A stretch of DNA of 64,000 nt, taken from Dehalococcoidia bacterium (GTDB lineage Bacteria > Chloroflexota > Dehalococcoidia > Lucifugimonadales > Australimonadaceae). A program made the position numbers and the translations under genes. Each line of letters opens with the position of its first letter. The first letter of the stretch is position 1. Location: the NCBI GenBank assembly GCA_022820645.1, contig JAJEFD010000019.1, forward strand, positions 64,279 to 128,278. The letters are read 5' to 3'. Under the pieces are notes generated by a model. The model had not been told where the DNA came from, did no database searches, and saw only the letters and a program-made list of their open reading frames with translations. This document shows, piece after piece, positions 25,055-34,568 of this stretch.

Positions 25055-26833
25055 CTACCGTTCGCCGACCTCGGTGACGACGTCCACGAGGGCGACGCGA
25101 CCGTTCTCGACGACCTCGCGCTTGGCGCGTTCGAGGGCGCCGCGAAGGTCGGCGGGGTCGTCGACGGGGCCCTCGGCCCACGCGCCGAAGGAGCGCGCCA
25201 TGCCCGCGAAGTCCACGTACGGGTCGTCGATGTCGATGCCGATGGTCCTTCTCTCGATGGGCCTGCCGCGCACCTCCGCCATCAGCCCCTGGTGGCCGAG
25301 GTCGTTGCCGTAGGTGCGGTTGTTGTACATGACGATGAGCATGGGGATGCGGTGGTGGACCGCCGTCCAGACCGCCGCGGGCGTGAAGAGGAAGTCGCCG
25401 TCCGACTGGATGTTGATCGTGAGCCGCCCCTTGTCGCGGTTCGCCAGCGCGACGCCGAGCGCGTGGCCGAAGCCCATGCCGAGCCCGCCGCCGCCACGAG
25501 ATTCGATGACCTGGTGCGGGGCGTTGTAGTCCCACAGCCGCTCCGTCCAGCCGCGCAGGTTGCCGTTGCCGAGCACCCAGTCCGTGTCCTTGACGACCTC
25601 CCACATCTCCGACGCGAGGAAGGGCAGGGCGATGGGCGACTCGCCGGAGCGGTCCGCGACGACCTTCGCGGCCTGTTCGTGCGCCCCGTCGTGCAGGGCG
25701 GCGACGCGTGCATGGCGCTCGCGCAACGCGCTCGAACGGTCGGGGCCGTCGTTGAGGCGGCGTTCGACGAGGTCGGCGAGCGCGGGGATGGCGAGCGCGG
25801 TGTCGGCCTGCACCGAGAGCGAGGTCGGGTAGAGGCCGCCATAGTCCGCCGTCCAGCTGCGGACGGCGAGCTGGCGGAGCGACACGTCGATCAGTTTCGC
25901 GCCGGGCGGCAGCAGGTGTTGCAACTGGCGGGCGCGGTAGTCCTGTCCGGTGAGCGACTGCTGGAGGTCGTACACGTCGAGCGCGAGCACAACGTCGGCT
26001 TCCTGCAGCAGTTGGCGCTTGGAGGTCGTGACGTTCAGGGGGTGGCGCGACGGGAAGTTGTAGAGGTCGCCGCCGGAGACGACGGGCAGCGAGAGCAGCT
26101 CGGCGAGCCGCACGAGGCCGTTGGTCGCGTCCTCGGAGCGTCCGAGGAAATCGGCGAGGACGACGGGGCGCTGCGCGTCGACGAGCAGTCCCGCTGCGAG
26201 GTCGAGCGCGTCGGGGTCCGCCTGGAAGCGCGTCGGCTTCGGGAAGGCGCTGAAGTCGGGCATCTCGAACGGCTCGGTGAGCTGCTGCTCCTGTGTCGAC
26301 ACGTCGAAGTTGACGTAGACCGGGCCCTCCGGCTGGCTGGTGGCGATGTGATATGCGCGGATGAGCGACTCGACCGACGCGCCGACGCTGGCGGGCTGAT
26401 CGTCCCACTTCACGTAGTCGCGGACGGCGTTGCCCTGCACGTTGGCGGTGTGTATCCACTCGATCCACGGTCGGCGCTCGTCGGCGGCCATGGGGCCGGT
26501 GCCGCCGAGCACGAGGACGGCTGAGCGGTTCGCCGAGGCGTTGAAGATGGCCATCGTCGCGTGGAGCAGGCCGACGACGTTGTGGACGTAGGCCGCCATC
26601 GGCTTGCCCGCGGCCTTGCCGTAGCCGTGCGCGACGGCGACCGCGATCTCCTCGTGCGGGCAGAGGATGAGCTCGGGGCGCTCGTTGCCGAGGTAGTTGA
26701 CGAGCGAGTCGTGGACGCCGCGGAAGCTGGCGCCGGGGTTCATCGCGACGTACTCGATGCCGAGGCCGCGCAGCGTCTCGACGATGACGTCGGAGCCCCA
26801 CTCGGCCTTGCTGATGCGCCCGTTCGTGGTCAT
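25055..26833 (-). CDS. Thiamine-pyrophosphate-dependent enzyme (second paralogue)
   Basis: HEEIAVAVAHGY..., GDGDFLFT...NN TPP motif; paralogous to 9497-11272. Confidence 0.8.
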   Translation of the reverse strand: MTTNGRISKAEWGSDVIVETLRGLGIEYVAMNPGASFRGVHDSLVNYLGNERPELILCPHEEIAVAVAHGYGKAAGKPMAAYVHNVVGLLHATMAIFNASANRSAVLVLGGTGPMAADERRPWIEWIHTANVQGNAVRDYVKWDDQPASVGASVESLIRAYHIATSQPEGPVYVNFDVSTQEQQLTEPFEMPDFSAFPKPTRFQADPDALDLAAGLLVDAQRPVVLADFLGRSEDATNGLVRLAELLSLPVVSGGDLYNFPSRHPLNVTTSKRQLLQEADVVLALDVYDLQQSLTGQDYRARQLQHLLPPGAKLIDVSLRQLAVRSWTADYGGLYPTSLSVQADTALAIPALADLVERRLNDGPDRSSALRERHARVAALHDGAHEQAAKVVADRSGESPIALPFLASEMWEVVKDTDWVLGNGNLRGWTERLWDYNAPHQVIESRGGGGLGMGFGHALGVALANRDKGRLTINIQSDGDFLFTPAAVWTAVHHRIPMLIVMYNNRTYGNDLGHQGLMAEVRGRPIERRTIGIDIDDPYVDFAGMARSFGAWAEGPVDDPADLRGALERAKREVVENGRVALVDVVTEVGER

Positions 26834-26864
26834 GCGCTCCCTCCCTCTGGGGATTGTGATGGTG

Positions 26865-27938
26865 CTAGATAACTGCTCTGCCCTCGAAGCGCTCGCGCCA
26901 GCGGGGGATGACGTCCTTGTTGAAGACGTGCTCCGGCACCTCGCCGCGCAGGGCGCGCAGCACGTCCTCCGTCCCCCACTCGATGCCGGGGCCGATGCCC
27001 GCGCCGTGGTTGTGTGCCGCGACGTGCGGCGAGAGCAGTACGCGCTCGTCCATCTGCCGCAGCGGGCTGTCCATCGGCAGCGGCTCGACCTCGAACACGT
27101 CGAGCCCCGCGCCCGCGATGGTCTCGTTCTGCAGCGCAGCGACGAGCGCCTTCTCGTCGATGACCGGCCCCCGCGAGGTGTTCAGGAGGATGGCGGTCGG
27201 CTTCATCAGGCCGAGTTCGCGCTCGCCGATCATGTGGTGCGTCTCCGGCGTGAGGATGACGTGGAGCGTCACGACGTCGGACTCCTGCAGGAGGGTGTCG
27301 AGGTCGACGCGCTCGACGTTGGCGTGGATGAAGCGGTCGATGGGCTGGTAGGGGTCGTAGGCGATCATGCGTACGCGCCAGGGCGCGAGCATCTGGGCGA
27401 GTCGTCCGCCGATGCGTCCGAGGCCGACGATGCCGATCGTGAGGCCGGGGTAGCCGTCCTCGCGGCGCCCGATGTGGGTGGCGGTGAGCGCCGGTGTGCG
27501 CCAGGCCGTGCCGTGCTTCATCGCCTCGTCACGCTGGCGGGGCTTCTTCAGGAGCGTGAGCATCTGCTGCATCGTCGTCTCGACGACGCCGCCCCAGTTC
27601 GCCTCGGTCGGCGCGTGGGTGACGATGATGCCGAGCTCGGTGGCGACGTCGGTATCGACCTCGTCGACGCCGACGGTGTACTTGGCGACGATGCGGAGCT
27701 GCTCCGACGCGAGCATGACGCTGCGGTCTATGCGTCCGCCCTTGATGGACGTACCGACGAGCGCGTCCGCGTCGACGGCCATCGCTGCGATCTCCTCCGT
27801 CGTGTTGCCTGTGGGGTCGGCCCACGAGGCCTTGCCGAGCGTGATCTCGCAGCCGGCCTCCTCGAACCGCTGGTAGCTGTTCTGGTCTCCGGGCGCAAAG
27901 ACGACGACCTTGGGTGCGGTCATAACTCCCTCCATCAC
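26865..27938 (-). CDS. D-isomer-specific 2-hydroxyacid dehydrogenase family, NAD-binding
   Basis: GIVGLGRIGGRLAQ Rossmann motif, ...NTSRG..., ...H catalytic pattern. Confidence 0.8.
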   Translation of the reverse strand: MMEGVMTAPKVVVFAPGDQNSYQRFEEAGCEITLGKASWADPTGNTTEEIAAMAVDADALVGTSIKGGRIDRSVMLASEQLRIVAKYTVGVDEVDTDVATELGIIVTHAPTEANWGGVVETTMQQMLTLLKKPRQRDEAMKHGTAWRTPALTATHIGRREDGYPGLTIGIVGLGRIGGRLAQMLAPWRVRMIAYDPYQPIDRFIHANVERVDLDTLLQESDVVTLHVILTPETHHMIGERELGLMKPTAILLNTSRGPVIDEKALVAALQNETIAGAGLDVFEVEPLPMDSPLRQMDERVLLSPHVAAHNHGAGIGPGIEWGTEDVLRALRGEVPEHVFNKDVIPRWRERFEGRAVI

Positions 27939-27998
27939 ATCGGGTGCGGGCGCAATGATGCGCTACGGCGCTCCTCGGTGCAAGGCGGGCTCCGTGGT

Positions 27999-28110
27999 TG
28001 TCATGCTGAGCGCAGCCGGAGGCGGAGCCGAAGCATCTCTCGGGAGGCGTTTGCCAGGACCAGCGTCCCCTGAGAGATTCCTCGACTCCGCTGCGCTCCG
28101 CTCGGAATGA
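27999..28110. repeat. Two REP-D units head to head (27999-28043 and 28066-28110), forming a long imperfect palindrome
   Basis: GTCATGCTGAGCGCAGCCGGAGGCGGAGCCGAAGCATCTCTCGGG faces CCCCTGAGAGATTCCTCGACTCCGCTGCGCTCCGCTCGGAATGAC. Confidence 0.75.
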
Positions 28111-28123
28111 CAGGTTTGCCGCG

Positions 28124-28963
28124 TCAGCCGGTCTGCGGCGTGAGCGCGAGCAGCACCTCGACGCGGACCTCGTCCTCGACGCTGACGACGCTGCGGGCTG
28201 TCGGCACCGGCTCGCCTATCTGGTCCCACGTGAACGTGGAGCGTCCGAGCACGAAGACGGTGTCGCCGTCGTCGCGCGCCTCGATGGCGAACGTCAGGGG
28301 CACGTCCATGTCGTTGATGTTGAGCGTGCCGGAGACTTCCGTCGTTACCGGGTCGCCGTTCGTGAAGCCGCCCGGCAGGGGCGTCAGGTCACCGAATGAG
28401 ACGCTGGCGGCCGGCTGGCCGGGGAACATACGGCTCTGGACGTAGCGGTCGCGGAACGGTTCGTCGCTGGTCATGCTGTGCAGGTCCACGGTGACGAGCG
28501 ATGCGCCGCCGTCGAGCCGCACCTCGCCGGAGAGACCTGTGGTGTGCATCACGGCTTCGTAGTTGGGGATCGAGACGCCCGCAAGCACCTCGCCCACGGA
28601 GAATGTCGCCTCGGAGCCGTCCGACACAACGAACACGATGCCGTCCACGTCCCCGGTCGAGCGTTCGACGGGCGCGGGGTCTTCAGCCGGAGGAGGCGTT
28701 GGCGTGTCGCCTGTGGGAGCCGTCGTGGGAGCGTCCGGCGATGGGGCTTCCGGTCTGGCGGTTGGTACAGGGGTTGGTGTGGAATCGGACATCGCGGCAG
28801 CGGTTGGTGTGGGGGCTGGCGTGGGAATGACTGCGGCGACGTTCGCCGTCGGGGTTGGGACGGGCGTAGGGGTGGGGTCGGCGCCGCAGGCGGGGAGGGC
28901 GAGCAGGGCGGCGAGCGCCAGCGGCAGGATGATCTTCGGACATCGAGAGGCGAAAGCGGGCAT
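28124..28963 (-). CDS. YceI-family lipoprotein with a Thr/Pro-rich linker
   Basis: LALPAC lipobox, TP-rich linker, and a YceI-like C-terminal beta-barrel sequence (ATFSVGE...GTLNINDMDVPLTF). Confidence 0.65.
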   Translation of the reverse strand: MPAFASRCPKIILPLALAALLALPACGADPTPTPVPTPTANVAAVIPTPAPTPTAAAMSDSTPTPVPTARPEAPSPDAPTTAPTGDTPTPPPAEDPAPVERSTGDVDGIVFVVSDGSEATFSVGEVLAGVSIPNYEAVMHTTGLSGEVRLDGGASLVTVDLHSMTSDEPFRDRYVQSRMFPGQPAASVSFGDLTPLPGGFTNGDPVTTEVSGTLNINDMDVPLTFAIEARDDGDTVFVLGRSTFTWDQIGEPVPTARSVVSVEDEVRVEVLLALTPQTG

Positions 28964-28980
28964 CGGCTACTCCTGGAGTG

Positions 28981-29499
28981 CTATAGGTCGATTCTATATG
29001 CGTCGTATCCGGCGCGGGGCGGCAGTTCCAGCCGTCCGCTCTCCTGATCCCCCTGGCCGGCGAAGCCGATCCCGACGGCAGCCGCGACGATGAGCGCTAC
29101 GACAACAACCGGCCATCGTGAGGCGAGTGGGACTCGGGCGAGCAGGGGCGTGAGCACGGCGATGCCGCCGAACGCTATGGCGGCGAGCGGCACGCTGAAC
29201 GAGACCATGCGCGTCAGCATCGTCCCGGCGGCGAACGCGACGGCCACCCATACCAGGAGGCCGACCGCCATGACGATGGCGAAGCGCCTCACCGCGTTCG
29301 GCCGGAGGCTCAGCCTCCCGTAAACGAGTCCGCTCACCAGCGCGAGCAGCAGCACGCCCCACGTGACGCTCGCCGAGTTCAGGAGAGCGTCGTGCGGCGA
29401 GTGGAGCGGCAGCGAGACGAGCGCGGCCACGATGGCCGAGAGCGCTCCTGCGATGAGCGCTCCGCGTAGGGGGGCAATGGTGCCGGGGCTATCGTCCAT
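28981..29499 (-). CDS. Integral membrane protein, unknown function
   Basis: 172 aa with about 5 hydrophobic helices. Confidence 0.45.
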   Translation of the reverse strand: MDDSPGTIAPLRGALIAGALSAIVAALVSLPLHSPHDALLNSASVTWGVLLLALVSGLVYGRLSLRPNAVRRFAIVMAVGLLVWVAVAFAAGTMLTRMVSFSVPLAAIAFGGIAVLTPLLARVPLASRWPVVVVALIVAAAVGIGFAGQGDQESGRLELPPRAGYDAYRIDL

Positions 29500-29553
29500 G
29501 CACCGGATGATACGTTACGGGAGGGTGGGTGGTTTCATGAGCGCGGCGTGCGC

Positions 29554-29628
29554 TGGAGCCACCGAACGGATTCGAACCGTTGACCTGCTGTTTACGAAAC
29601 AGCTGCTCTGCCACTGAGCTACGGTGGC
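29554..29628 (-). tRNA. tRNA-Thr (anticodon CGT)
   Basis: Manual cloverleaf: acceptor GCCACCG/CGGTGGC, D arm GCTC-AGTGGCA-GAGC, anticodon arm GCTGT-TTCGTAA-ACAGC, T arm AACGG-TTCGAAT-CCGTT, encoded CCA. Confidence 0.9.
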
Positions 29629-29692
29629 CCTCGAAGAACGCGCCTCGTCCGGGAAGGCGCGGGAACATTCTAGCACCCGGCCGGTGAGGGGC

Positions 29693-31087
29693 TCACTCGT
29701 CCTCGCGTTCCCTGAGCAGGTGGCGCGCCACTGCGTACACGGCGACGAGCACAGCCCACAGCAGCACGCCGCTGCGCGCGGTATGGCGAACAGGTGCGGA
29801 GCGCAGGACGGGGGGCGTGGCGATGAGCATCATCACGATGGCGGCGAGGAACATGAACGCGAAGATGGTGAACGCCTGCTCGTAACTGCCGGTCCGGTCG
29901 CGTATCCAGGCTGCGGCGAGCGGTCCCACGGGGTTGATGAACGCCGTCATCAGTCCCATCTGGCCGCGTATGCCTCCCACGGAGCGGCGTCCGAAGTAGT
30001 TCGGCACCACGATGCGCTGGCTGACGGTCCAGCCGCCCTGCGCGACGCCGAACACGACGCCGAAGAGGACCGCGCCCGCGAACGTATGCGCGTTGATGAT
30101 GACGACCATGGAACCGAAGTAGAGGAGAGAGACCATCCCGATGACGAACCGCACGTGGATGCGGTCCATCACCCAGCCCCAGGGCACGGTCATCACCGCC
30201 GAGATGGCAGCGAATATGAATACGATGACGACCGAGCTTTCGAAGGAGACGCCGCGCGTCTGGAAGTGCGGCGCCGCATGGAGGTTCGTCGCGGTCTGCG
30301 CGAAGAACATGATGGAGGTGGTAAGCAGGATGAGCCAGAAGGCGAGCGTCTTCCGTGCCTGGGACGTCGTCCACTGGGCCTCCGTCTCGCGCGCCTCACT
30401 CTCGCTGCCGTTCGCTGGCTCAGGGGGCGGCTCGCCGTCGGGCAGCAGGCCGTAGTCCTCCGGTCTGCGACGGAGATAGACGAGTGCAGGCGCGGTTACG
30501 AGCAGGACGGCGGAGATGGCGAGGAGGCCGTACGCCCAGCGCCAGTTGAGCAGGACGATGATCGCGGCTGCCGCGAGCGGCACGAGCGCCTGCCCCGCGC
30601 GGAGACCGAACCCGGCGAAAGAGGTCGCGGCGCCGCGCTTGCGGATGAACCAGTTGGCGATGGCCACCGTCGTCCCGATCTGCACGCCCGCGATGGCGAA
30701 TGCGCGTCCCGTGCCGAAGAAGAGCCACATCTGCCACGGGGCCTGCATGAACGCGAGCCCCACCATGCAGCCCGCGAGCACCATGCCGGAGAGCGCCATG
30801 ATGGTGCGTGTGCCGTAGCGGTCCATGACCCTGCCGATGACGGCGGTGAGGATGGAGCCGGAGAAGCTGCCGATGGTGAACGACGCCGCGATCTCCCACG
30901 ACTCCCAGCCCGTCTCCTCGCGGATCGGCTCGAACCAGACGCTGAGCACCGGCCCGTAGAAGACGGCCGACGCGAAGGAGACGATGAGCGCCGTCCACGC
31001 GATCGCCCAGCCGTAGTACGCGTCGAATGGCCAGAAGAGGTTCGTGCGCCTGCGTTGGCGGGGGGCGGTCAGGCTAGGTCCAGCCAC
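29693..31087 (-). CDS. MFS transporter
   Basis: 464 aa with about 12 TM segments and MFS-like loop motifs. Confidence 0.75.
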   Translation of the reverse strand: MAGPSLTAPRQRRRTNLFWPFDAYYGWAIAWTALIVSFASAVFYGPVLSVWFEPIREETGWESWEIAASFTIGSFSGSILTAVIGRVMDRYGTRTIMALSGMVLAGCMVGLAFMQAPWQMWLFFGTGRAFAIAGVQIGTTVAIANWFIRKRGAATSFAGFGLRAGQALVPLAAAAIIVLLNWRWAYGLLAISAVLLVTAPALVYLRRRPEDYGLLPDGEPPPEPANGSESEARETEAQWTTSQARKTLAFWLILLTTSIMFFAQTATNLHAAPHFQTRGVSFESSVVIVFIFAAISAVMTVPWGWVMDRIHVRFVIGMVSLLYFGSMVVIINAHTFAGAVLFGVVFGVAQGGWTVSQRIVVPNYFGRRSVGGIRGQMGLMTAFINPVGPLAAAWIRDRTGSYEQAFTIFAFMFLAAIVMMLIATPPVLRSAPVRHTARSGVLLWAVLVAVYAVARHLLREREDE

Positions 31088-31811
31088 GGTTCCACGGCTC
31101 GCCGCGCTCGAGTTTCCTCGTGTAGTAGCGCCAGTCGTCCGAGTGCTCGACCTTCGGCCGGTTGATGGAGGCCTGGCGTTCGCTCATCTTGCGGGCGTTG
31201 CCGGCCATCTCCTCCCGGAACGCGCCGTCGACCTGGTCGAACCCCAGCAGACGGGCGGCCTGGATGATCTTCGCGGTGCGCTCCATGTGCACCGCCGTGA
31301 AGCATGCCTCGTCGATGCTCTTGCCGACGGTCACGATGCCGTGGCCGTTGATCGTCAGGCCGGGCGCGTCGCCCAGCGTCCGTGCTATGGCGTCGCCGTC
31401 CTCGTCGTCGGAGACGTAAGTGGGGATGGGGTATACCGGCAGGCCCTCGCCGAACTTCGCGGAGGCGAGATGGACGCCCTCGATGGGCACGCCTGCCAGC
31501 CCGAGCACGATGCACATGTTGGCGTGCGCGTGGACGATGGCGTTGACCTCCGGCTTGGCGCGGAAGATGCGGGTGTAGATGGCGGCCTCGCCCGGCACCG
31601 TGCCGTCGCCGGAGAGCTTGTTGCCGTCCATGTCGAACTGCATCATCCAGTTCTCGGCCCCGGGCAACTGCGGCGCGCGGAGCATCTTGACCGCGATGCC
31701 CTCGTCGTTCGGCAGCCGCACGCCGACGTGCCCGATGATGTCGCCGAACTCCCACTCGATGATGGTCGACGCCGTCACGAGGTCGTTCTGTAGTTCGTCC
31801 GCTTCGCTCAT
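31074..31811 (-). CDS. Class II aldolase/adducin-family protein
   Basis: ...AIVHAHANMCIVLG..., ...INGHGIVTVGKSIDEA... motifs. The start is set at MSEADE because REP-A lies just upstream. Confidence 0.75.
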   Translation of the reverse strand: MSEADELQNDLVTASTIIEWEFGDIIGHVGVRLPNDEGIAVKMLRAPQLPGAENWMMQFDMDGNKLSGDGTVPGEAAIYTRIFRAKPEVNAIVHAHANMCIVLGLAGVPIEGVHLASAKFGEGLPVYPIPTYVSDDEDGDAIARTLGDAPGLTINGHGIVTVGKSIDEACFTAVHMERTAKIIQAARLLGFDQVDGAFREEMAGNARKMSERQASINRPKVEHSDDWRYYTRKLERGEPWNRGWT

Positions 31812-31821
31812 GGGGCACCTC

Positions 31822-31848
31822 GTCATTCCAGCGGAGGCTGGAATCCAG
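31822..31848. repeat. REP-A
   Basis: GTCATTCCAGCGGAGGCTGGAATCCAG. Confidence 0.8.
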
Positions 31849-31860
31849 AATTGTTGTGGG

Positions 31861-32343
31861 CTATGCGTTAGGGCCGCGCTCCGCAGCCGTGGCGTCGCGT
31901 CCGCCGAGTTCGTGGTCTATCTGCCAGTCCTTCAGCGGCTGGTAGTTGACACGCTCGCCCTTGATGCTCTTGTCGATCGAGGAGACGCGCAGGATTTCCA
32001 ACTGGTCGTCGCCCACCGGTTCGAACCAGTAGGGCACGCCCTTGGGGATCATGATCCCTTGGCGAGGCCCCAGTTCGCCGACGAGCTCCTCGCCGCTCTC
32101 AGTGGTGCTGCTCCTGCCGTAGAAGCGGACCCGGCCGTTGACCACGACCCATGCCTCGTCCTCGCCGGTGTGCGAGTGCATGTTCGTTTCGCCGCCGCTG
32201 TTGATAATCTGCACCGACACGGTCAGCGAGTCCGTGCGGGAGAGGCGGAGCGACTTCTTCGGGAAGTCGCGGCCCGGGTCTCCCTCGTAGCCGAATGGAG
32301 TCAACCGGTCGTTCGGGGCTAGCGAGAGGTCTCTGGTCGTCAT
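31861..32343 (-). CDS. Cupin-domain protein
   Basis: GGETNMHSHTGEDEAWVVVNG...IPKGVPYWF cupin motifs; start at MTTRDL. Confidence 0.7.
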   Translation of the reverse strand: MTTRDLSLAPNDRLTPFGYEGDPGRDFPKKSLRLSRTDSLTVSVQIINSGGETNMHSHTGEDEAWVVVNGRVRFYGRSSTTESGEELVGELGPRQGIMIPKGVPYWFEPVGDDQLEILRVSSIDKSIKGERVNYQPLKDWQIDHELGGRDATAAERGPNA

Positions 32344-32401
32344 CGTGAGTCCTCCTTCTCCATTGCTTTCCGTGCCGGCCCTGCGAGGGTTCCGCTCCGG
32401 T

Positions 32402-33565
32402 CTAGTTCCGCTCCGGCAGGTGGAAGAAGTCAACCGCGTTCTGGACGATCATCTTGTAGACCTCGTCTTCCGGAACGCCCGTGAAGTTGTGCTCCATCAC
32501 CATGTCCGAGTTCGGCCAGTCCGACTCCTGGTGCGGGAAGTCCGCGGCCCAGATGAGGCGGTTGACGTTCATGTGATGGCGCAGGTCGACGCCGGAGCGG
32601 TCCTGCTGGAAGCCCCAGTAGAAGTACTCGTTGAGCAGTTCGCTCGGCATCGCCTTGAGGGGGGTGAAGCCGTTCATCGTCTGCGCCCAGTGGATGTGGC
32701 GGTTGTAGCGCACGTCAGCGATCTCCAGGAAGAACGGCACCCAGCCGATGGAGGTCTCGGCGAGGCAGACGCGCAGGTCGGGGAAGCGGTCGAACAGACC
32801 GGAGAGCAGCAGTTGCACCGCGTTCGTGCCGCCGCCCCGGGCGGCGAACCGCTGCACCTGGAACGCGAGTTCCGTGGTTACGCGGTCGTCTTCAGCGGGG
32901 TAGTCGAGCATCTTCCCGCTGCGCTTGCCGGTCCGGTCGAGTTCGACGTGGATGGAGACCGGCATCTGCAGGTCGAGCGACGCGGCCCAGAAGCGGTCGT
33001 CCTCCGGCAGGGGCTTGCCGCCGCCGTTGGGGAAGGTCATCAGCTGCACGCCGGTCAGTCCCACGGACTTGCAGTGTTCCAGCTCGGCGACGGCGTCGTC
33101 GATGCCGGTCGCGGGGATCGCGCCGATGCCGAGCAGGCGGTCCGGCGCCTCCGAGCAGTACTCCTCGCCGAGCCAGGTGTTCCAGCCCCGGAAGAGCGCC
33201 CGGTGGAGGCCGTCGTCCTTCACCTGCATCCAGAGACGCGGGCCGCAGACGACGGCCGGGTAGAGTATCTCTGCGTCGAGGCCGTCCTTCTGCTGCTCCT
33301 GCACGCGCTGCTGCGGCGGGCCGGTGCCGGGCGTGGACTCGTAGGTCTGTCCCCCGGGGTACCAGATGTCGCGCCCCTTGCCGCCGTACAGGTCCATCGG
33401 GTTCTGGGTGGGGGGCAGGTCTTCCAACTGCGTCGCGTCCGCGCCGGTCTCGAGTTTCACCGTGCGGGGCGCACGGTCGCGGTACGCGGGGTCGATGCGG
33501 TGCGTCCACCGTTCGTTCGCCACTTCCAGGTGGGAGTCGCCGGAGATGCGTTTGTAGGGAGCCAT
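32402..33565 (-). CDS. Amidohydrolase_2 family protein (third paralogue)
   Basis: ISGDSHLEV..., ...WAADFPHQESDWPNS. Confidence 0.8.
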   Translation of the reverse strand: MAPYKRISGDSHLEVANERWTHRIDPAYRDRAPRTVKLETGADATQLEDLPPTQNPMDLYGGKGRDIWYPGGQTYESTPGTGPPQQRVQEQQKDGLDAEILYPAVVCGPRLWMQVKDDGLHRALFRGWNTWLGEEYCSEAPDRLLGIGAIPATGIDDAVAELEHCKSVGLTGVQLMTFPNGGGKPLPEDDRFWAASLDLQMPVSIHVELDRTGKRSGKMLDYPAEDDRVTTELAFQVQRFAARGGGTNAVQLLLSGLFDRFPDLRVCLAETSIGWVPFFLEIADVRYNRHIHWAQTMNGFTPLKAMPSELLNEYFYWGFQQDRSGVDLRHHMNVNRLIWAADFPHQESDWPNSDMVMEHNFTGVPEDEVYKMIVQNAVDFFHLPERN

Positions 33566-33662
33566 GGAGCAGCCTCCTCTGCGTCACAACAGGGTCGGGC
33601 GCAGTATAGCGCGGTTCGTGGATAATCATTGTGCCAATCGTGAAACGCTTGGAGGCAGCCAC

Positions 33663-34568
33663 ATGGCAACGACGGCCATCCACACGAGTGGACTGACCAA
33701 GTACTACGGCAGGAACCGTGGTATCGAGGACGTGGACCTGGACGTCAGAGGGGGCGAGGTCTTCGGGTTCCTCGGGCCGAACGGGGCCGGAAAGACGACG
33801 ACGATCAGGGTGTTGCTGGATGAGATCAGGCCCACTGCAGGGGCTGCGGCCATCCTCGGCCTCGACGCGCACCGGGATGCCGTGGAGATCCGGAGGCACA
33901 TCGGTTACATCCCGGGAGACCTCGCCCTGTACCCGAACCTGACGGGGCGGGACACCCTGACGTACTTCGCGAACATGCGTGGCGGCGTCGACTGGTCCCA
34001 CGTCGACGAACTGGCTGAACGGCTGGCCGCCGACCTCTCCCGCAAGGTCGGAGACCTGTCGACAGGCAACCGTCAGAAGGTAGGGATCATCCAGGCCTTC
34101 ATGAACCGGCCGGACCTGCTGATCATGGACGAACCGACGGCCGGGCTCGATCCGCTGGTCCAGCGGGAGTTCCAGAACATGGTGCGCGAGGTGACTGCGC
34201 AGGGCTGCACCGTCTTCCTGTCCAGCCATACGCTCTCGGAGGTCCAGCGTGTTGCAGACCGTGTCGGGATCATCCGCGACGGCTATCTCATCACGGTGGA
34301 GTCGGTTGCGGAGCTGAGGTCGAAGGCGATGCGCCGGGTGGAGTTCGTGCTCGACTGGGAAGCGGATGCCTCGGTCTTCGAGGGCGTGGCGGGTGTGCGT
34401 AACGTTGTCGCAAGCGGCGCTCACGTCGTGATGTCCTTCGACGGCGACATGGGCGAGCTCCTGAAGGCTGCAACGGACCGGTACGCCGTGGAAGACATCA
34501 GGACGAGCGAGACCGACCTCGAGGAGATATTCCTCACGTACTACCACTCCGACGAGGAGGCCGGGTGA
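33663..34568 (+). CDS. ABC transporter ATP-binding protein
   Basis: Walker A GPNGAGKTT, signature LSTGNRQK, Walker B LLIMDEP. Confidence 0.9.
   Translation: MATTAIHTSGLTKYYGRNRGIEDVDLDVRGGEVFGFLGPNGAGKTTTIRVLLDEIRPTAGAAAILGLDAHRDAVEIRRHIGYIPGDLALYPNLTGRDTLTYFANMRGGVDWSHVDELAERLAADLSRKVGDLSTGNRQKVGIIQAFMNRPDLLIMDEPTAGLDPLVQREFQNMVREVTAQGCTVFLSSHTLSEVQRVADRVGIIRDGYLITVESVAELRSKAMRRVEFVLDWEADASVFEGVAGVRNVVASGAHVVMSFDGDMGELLKAATDRYAVEDIRTSETDLEEIFLTYYHSDEEAG

Noticed and set aside
29554-29628. tRNA-Thr as a possible integration site (att) for an island.
   Set aside because: No integrase, no partial tRNA duplicate and no GC shift lie nearby. The two islets are more than 10 kb away from it.
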